Part shown: piece after piece, positions 59,623 through 64,000 of the stretch
Layout: the number at the start of each line of letters is the position of its first letter
Numbering within the stretch: the stretch's first letter is position 1
NCBI GenBank assembly: GCA_000999095.1
Contig: LCFP01000001.1
Location: 138,230-202,229, forward strand
Length of the DNA stretch: 64,000 bases
Origin: Candidatus Gottesmanbacteria bacterium GW2011_GWA2_43_14
Lineage (GTDB): Bacteria > Patescibacteriota > Microgenomatia > 2-02-FULL-39-11
Direction of reading: 5' to 3'
Made by a program: the position numbers and the translations under genes
Notes under the pieces: generated by a model
The model's input: the letters and a program-made list of their open reading frames with translations, nothing else
Told to the model about the DNA's origin: nothing
The model's database searches: none

Positions 59623-61210
59623 GCTTTTTTCTGATAAAAATATAAACGCAATAGAATAAAGCTGACAAAGACACGATGTCTGCCGCAAACCGCACCGGAG
59701 TCTCAGTAAAATTTGCCTCTATCTGGTGCCGGCCATGCCCGAAATCTGCCTCGATAATTCCGAAGTCATTATTATATCTAAATGTCATTGGCTTGCCGTT
59801 ATCCGCCAGCTGCCAACCCGGGAAAAAAATTGTATTCAAACGGACAGTTCCCGGTGTGACTGCCTGAATAGTGAATTTTGCCTTACGGGAATTATAATTC
59901 AGGTCCGAAATCTCAGCATCGCCCGTCACAATCTCAGCTTTTCGCAAATAACGGTTTTCGGGTTTACGGCTTACATAAACCGGCATCAGTTCATCAGCTG
60001 AAGTTGTGGTGGCATCATTGGTCAAATAATAATCATCGCTTTTATTTATCGGATTGTTAATTCCGGTTAAGGGCAAAATAGACATAAAACCAATTAATAT
60101 TAGGAGGCTGCCGGCGTAGACAGCCTGTTTCTTATAAAATAAAAAAACTGACGCTAAGGCAACAATAAAGCACAATATGCCTCCCATCCTCCAGGGAAAA
60201 TCAATGGAGGACAAAAGAGGCAATTGCCAGACAAGCCGGGAAGAGGAGTGAAGCAGAAAAACCGTCAAAGGCACAGAGAGCAAAAAGAAAACTGCGGACT
60301 GAATTTTTGCACGGTTTTTAATTAAAAGGATGACAGACAGGATCAAAACAGACGTCTGTTGGGCAGTCAAGCCGAAAGACGGTAAGCCTACCCTTGGCGT
60401 GGCCATGAATATTTCACCCAAGCTGAGAAAATGTGATGACTTGTCAGCCAAAGGCATTATCGAAAGCAGGATGTATTTTCTTTCATGAAGGGCAGGGACA
60501 ATAAAAAAGGCAGCCAAGGCAAAAGACAGAATTACAGGAAATAAAATCAGCTTCAGCTTATTCGGCAAAACACTTTTTACATCTTTAAAAACAGTTATAA
60601 GCCACAAGAACCAAAACGGGGAAAAAAGCAGGGATAAGACATTATGGGTTAAGAGCAGTGACGCTAGAGACAATGAAAGAAGGACTCCCCTTTTTAGACC
60701 GGTCTTCTCCCTGTATACAAGGGTCAGATAAAATATCAGAGGGAAAAGGCTTAAAGCCAAAGATTCCCCGAGCGAGCCCCTGACATAAAGGTCAGTCAGG
60801 CGGTAAGGAACGGTCATATAAAAAAAAGCAGCCATCATGCCCGCCCAATTTCCTTTTATTTTGGCGGCTAATAAGAACATAAAATAGCCGGACATAAAAA
60901 CACTCAGGACAAAAAGCAATTTAATGATTTCAGTAAAGTCGGCCCCGGTCAGGCGGATTAAACTGCCGAGATAAAAGGGCAAAGGGTAAGTAAATGAAAA
61001 CAGCGGGTAACCGTAACCGTGGTTTAAATAATCAGACCATCGCGGCGGAATCTGCAGATCTTTGAGCTCCCTGACCATTTCTGCTAAACGCACAATTGCC
61101 CATTCGCCGTCATCGGTCGCAAAAAAACCCGGCCTGGAAAAAGGCAGTATCAGAAGGGTTGCCGCCAAAATGAGGATTAATCCGCAAAAATACGGCAGCA
61201 ACTTTTTCAT
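59603..61210 (-). CDS. PTPS-related/YfhO-like GT-C membrane protein
   Basis: TDDGEW..R, QIPPRW..LNHGYGYPLF, RGSLGE, FPWR, FFPGW. Confidence 0.8.
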   Translation of the reverse strand: MKKLLPYFCGLILILAATLLILPFSRPGFFATDDGEWAIVRLAEMVRELKDLQIPPRWSDYLNHGYGYPLFSFTYPLPFYLGSLIRLTGADFTEIIKLLFVLSVFMSGYFMFLLAAKIKGNWAGMMAAFFYMTVPYRLTDLYVRGSLGESLALSLFPLIFYLTLVYREKTGLKRGVLLSLSLASLLLTHNVLSLLFSPFWFLWLITVFKDVKSVLPNKLKLILFPVILSFALAAFFIVPALHERKYILLSIMPLADKSSHFLSLGEIFMATPRVGLPSFGLTAQQTSVLILSVILLIKNRAKIQSAVFFLLSVPLTVFLLHSSSRLVWQLPLLSSIDFPWRMGGILCFIVALASVFLFYKKQAVYAGSLLILIGFMSILPLTGINNPINKSDDYYLTNDATTTSADELMPVYVSRKPENRYLRKAEIVTGDAEISDLNYNSRKAKFTIQAVTPGTVRLNTIFFPGWQLADNGKPMTFRYNNDFGIIEADFGHGRHQIEANFTETPVRFAADIVSLSALFYCVYIFIRKKHDDSIN

Positions 61211-62691
61211 AACTCGGGCACAGGCTTTATCCGGAAAAAGTAGAGATAACTGTCGCCAGTACCCCTTCGGATTCTGAATATCAATTCAGCCGGCCAGTCG
61301 TCAGAAAGCTTCTGTGAATCTTTAAGGACAAGATAAGTCGGTTTTTCGGAAGCAAATCCGATCAGTTCCTCTTTACCGCTGTCCACCGGCCAATAACCTT
61401 TAATGGTGATATTTTCATTTTGCTTAAGATAGATTTCATAAACCGCAGGATTTAAACCGAAAGTGCCTTCAGTTGCCAAAACGATCTCCTTCCCCGCAGC
61501 TTCTTTTTCAATAAATGAAATCACCTGGTTTACTCCGTATCCTGAAGGCCAGTCGTTCAACAGTTGGTTACGGTCACTGTCCGGTATCCTGGCTTCAAGT
61601 GGCCTGAAACTCACCAGATAGGAGTTTATGACCAATGGAGCCAGCACTACGGCTGGAACCAGGTATAAATATTTTGCTTTATCACGCGCAAATGAAGTCA
61701 TTCCGGACAAAAAATCAGCTGCAACCAGATAAAAAGGCACAGTCATAAAAAGGAGAAACCTGGGAAACAGCACTTTGCCGAAGGCGGCTAAAGAAAGGAA
61801 GGGAATTATAAACCAAAGTAATAAATATGGGATACGCCGGTCTTTTCTGATTAAGGCCAAAATTAATGCGATTAATATGACTGATATAAACGGCCAGGAA
61901 AAATATGAAAGGAGCATCTGTGTCAAACCGTTCAAATTCGGACGCAGTACCGAAAACGGCCGGTCAAGAAAATCACTCAAGGTATAGATAAAAGAATAGT
62001 TTTTTTGTTCAATAATATAGAAAAAAGGCGACAATCTGAGAGAATTATATATAATATGCGCAAGCAAAATACTCAATAGTGAAAGCCCGCTCCATTTTAA
62101 CAGTGATTTAAAATTATTTTTTCTTTGCCAGTTGAACAGCAAGAGGGAAAAAGGCATCAGATATATAAAGAAAAAAGCGGAAGATTTTGTCAGCAAACCC
62201 AAGCCGATAACCATACCTAACAAAAGCGCTATATCCAACTGCCGTTTTTTCACCAGCAATACTTCCAGATAGAGTGACCAGACAGCCAATGACAACAGTA
62301 GGGAATCCATTAACGCCAGCCTGTCATAGACAAGAGCAAAAGGCGTAAATAAATAAATCAAGCCGGTCCATACCGCCGTTCGGCGGTTAAACAGATGCAA
62401 AGCCAAAAGATACAATCCGGCGGCAGACAAAACCCCTGATAGTACGGATACCATCCTTCCGGCAATAAGCGGATCTTCCATTATTTTCAGAAAGGGATAC
62501 ATCGCCCAGGTCATCAATGGCTGTTTGCCGTCCGTCAGGGAAATAAAACGGTGAGCAGGATCATTTAAACCGATTTGCGCCCACCTGATGTAGATTGCTT
62601 CATCGGTAAAAATAGGTATTTTCGTCAGATTGAGAGTACGGCTGGCAAAAACAGACAGGCAGATAATAAAAATCAGTAAAAAGTCTCTCAT
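61207..62691 (-). CDS. ArnT/PMT-like GT-C glycosyltransferase
   Basis: PIFTDEAIYIRWAQ, DGKQPL, YDRLALMDS, LLTK, FPRF. Confidence 0.85.
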   Translation of the reverse strand: MRDFLLIFIICLSVFASRTLNLTKIPIFTDEAIYIRWAQIGLNDPAHRFISLTDGKQPLMTWAMYPFLKIMEDPLIAGRMVSVLSGVLSAAGLYLLALHLFNRRTAVWTGLIYLFTPFALVYDRLALMDSLLLSLAVWSLYLEVLLVKKRQLDIALLLGMVIGLGLLTKSSAFFFIYLMPFSLLLFNWQRKNNFKSLLKWSGLSLLSILLAHIIYNSLRLSPFFYIIEQKNYSFIYTLSDFLDRPFSVLRPNLNGLTQMLLSYFSWPFISVILIALILALIRKDRRIPYLLLWFIIPFLSLAAFGKVLFPRFLLFMTVPFYLVAADFLSGMTSFARDKAKYLYLVPAVVLAPLVINSYLVSFRPLEARIPDSDRNQLLNDWPSGYGVNQVISFIEKEAAGKEIVLATEGTFGLNPAVYEIYLKQNENITIKGYWPVDSGKEELIGFASEKPTYLVLKDSQKLSDDWPAELIFRIRRGTGDSYLYFFRIKPVPEL

Positions 62692-62702
62692 GAAACATAC
62701 AA

Positions 62703-62711
62703 ATTATAGCA
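62703..62711 (-). promoter_or_regulatory. Consensus extended -10 promoter (TGC-TATAAT)
   Basis: Perfect TGnTATAAT, 11 nt before ATG 62691, in a 24-bp gap. Confidence 0.65.
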
Positions 62712-62715
62712 GATA

Positions 62716-63873
62716 TCAGCTTTTAATCAGATTTTTTGAAACAAGATAAAGTGAAGCGAGAACGAGCGGGACCAACAGGAAAATGTCTGCGGTTTTAGCC
62801 GTCAGCTCGGTATAGGTGCCGGAATAAAGGTATGGAAGGTAGCGCAAGAGAACCGCCCAGGATAAAACAGCTGTCAGATTTCTGATTTGTGGCTGATGTA
62901 TCAAAGAAACAATGCCGATTACAGTCAGAAAATACCAGGGATAGGCTTCCCTCAATGAAATTAAATATATGATCATAATTCCGACGGAAGCCAAAACCAG
63001 ATAAAGAAATTTCTCCCTGGATTCTCTGATCTTTTTGGGTGGGAACAAAACCAGAGGAATGACTACAGTTGTTAAATATTTAACCAAGGCGGACAGGGAA
63101 AGGAAAATCAGTGACCCTTTTATTCTTTTTTGAAAGTAATAATAAAAAAATATCAGCAGGAAAAACAGCATCATGGATTCGTTGTGCGGACTGACCAGGC
63201 TTTCAATAATCACCAATGGACTTAAAGCAAAATAGAGCATGTTTTCTCTGGCGGTTTTTACCCCGTCAGATAGACTAATTCTGCCGATAAGATATGTATT
63301 GCCCAAATACAGGAGAAAAAACATCAGCTTAAAACCTGCCATAGTCAGGACAAAAATTTGCCTGCCCAAATAGGAAACCGCTATGGAAACCATAAGCCAA
63401 ACCGGGCCATATGGGTACGTCCTGTGTGTCCAGTGCATGAATCTTGTCCATAAATCATCCGGAAAATCCAAAGCAGTATATAAATAAGGATTAAGATGGT
63501 ATTTGGTTACAATCCGCGCATCGAACAGATAGTTGAAGAAATCATGGGAAAAAGCAGGATAGGCAATGGCACCTGTTGCCCCGGTCACAACCAATAGAAG
63601 CAGTAGTTGGCGGCCGCTAAGCGGAAATTTTTCAGTCAGGAAAAGCCAGTATTTTTGCATGAAGAATAAACAGACTGTCAGCAGGAAAAATATCAGGGCA
63701 GATACAGGCCTGCGGAAATAGCCCAGGACGATCATCAGATTCTGGAAGGATTGGTAGGCAGAATTACCTGACAGGGTCAAATTCAGGTCTATCTGGGAAT
63801 AACTGTATACCGAAAGCAATATCAGAACAAGAAACGAGCCCGTGAGTAAGCCGGCATAAATTTTTTTAGGCAT
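62716..63873 (-). CDS. MptA/MptB-like (GT87 clan) GT-C mannosyltransferase
   Basis: FSHDFFNY, NPY, YPYGPVW, SPL...SPHNE, VKY, YPWY. Confidence 0.78.
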   Translation of the reverse strand: MPKKIYAGLLTGSFLVLILLSVYSYSQIDLNLTLSGNSAYQSFQNLMIVLGYFRRPVSALIFFLLTVCLFFMQKYWLFLTEKFPLSGRQLLLLLVVTGATGAIAYPAFSHDFFNYLFDARIVTKYHLNPYLYTALDFPDDLWTRFMHWTHRTYPYGPVWLMVSIAVSYLGRQIFVLTMAGFKLMFFLLYLGNTYLIGRISLSDGVKTARENMLYFALSPLVIIESLVSPHNESMMLFFLLIFFYYYFQKRIKGSLIFLSLSALVKYLTTVVIPLVLFPPKKIRESREKFLYLVLASVGIMIIYLISLREAYPWYFLTVIGIVSLIHQPQIRNLTAVLSWAVLLRYLPYLYSGTYTELTAKTADIFLLVPLVLASLYLVSKNLIKS

Positions 63874-64000
63874 CGTATTTGCCCAGAGAGCTGTTAAACT
63901 TTATCCTCAAAAGATCATAGAGGCTTTCCAGCGAGTCTTTGACGGGGTTTACATTGCGGGTTTCCTGGTAATGCCACTCAATGGGTACTTCAGCTATGCG
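63866..64000 (-). CDS. C-terminal fragment of a polyprenyl-phosphate glycosyltransferase (GT2); absent from ORF track
   Basis: Manual translation RIAEVPIEWHYQETRNVNPVKDSLESLYDLLRIKFNSSLGKYDA*, a typical DPG-synthase tail; its stop overlaps the next gene's start. Confidence 0.7.
   Translation of the reverse strand, partial: RIAEVPIEWHYQETRNVNPVKDSLESLYDLLRIKFNSSLGKYDA

Noticed and set aside
53213-61210. tgt near 'PTPS-related' genes as a queuosine or 7-deazaguanine cluster
   Set aside because: Those proteins are polytopic YfhO-like membrane proteins with no QueD/T-fold motifs; the family name is misleading.

Overview
Gene-dense, almost entirely minus-strand, 64-kb cell-surface glycosylation super-locus of about 57 CDSs. 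Only tgt lies on the + strand. The gene content, the apparent lack of Shine-Dalgarno motifs and the -10 boxes sitting just upstream of start codons suggest a Patescibacteria/CPR (Microgenomates-like) genome; this is an inference. Modules: (1) 1-17.8 kb, a Wzm/Wzt ABC-export glycan cassette with GT10 and GT11 fucosyltransferases, GDP-fucose synthase, four methyltransferase domains and a 913-aa GT4-GT2-methyltransferase fusion. (2) 17.7-26.5 kb, polyprenyl-phosphate-sugar synthases, PIG-V-like and YfhO-like GT-C enzymes, a 4-epimerase and a pyranose-mutase-like flavoprotein. (3) 26.5-38.8 kb, a tandem array of eight ArnT/PMT-like GT-C paralogs, one lacking the catalytic DE loop. (4) 38.8-41.5 kb, a non-glycan interruption: DEDDh-GIY-YIG nuclease, SET-domain protein, NYN/LabA protein. 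(5) 41.5-53.2 kb, a Wzx/GT2/GT4/YfhO module. (6) tgt with an atypical substrate loop. (7) 54.3-64 kb, further SDR epimerases, lipid-P-sugar synthases and GT-C enzymes. No tRNA, rRNA, CRISPR array or mobile element was recognised. All family calls come from reading motifs by eye, not from database searches.
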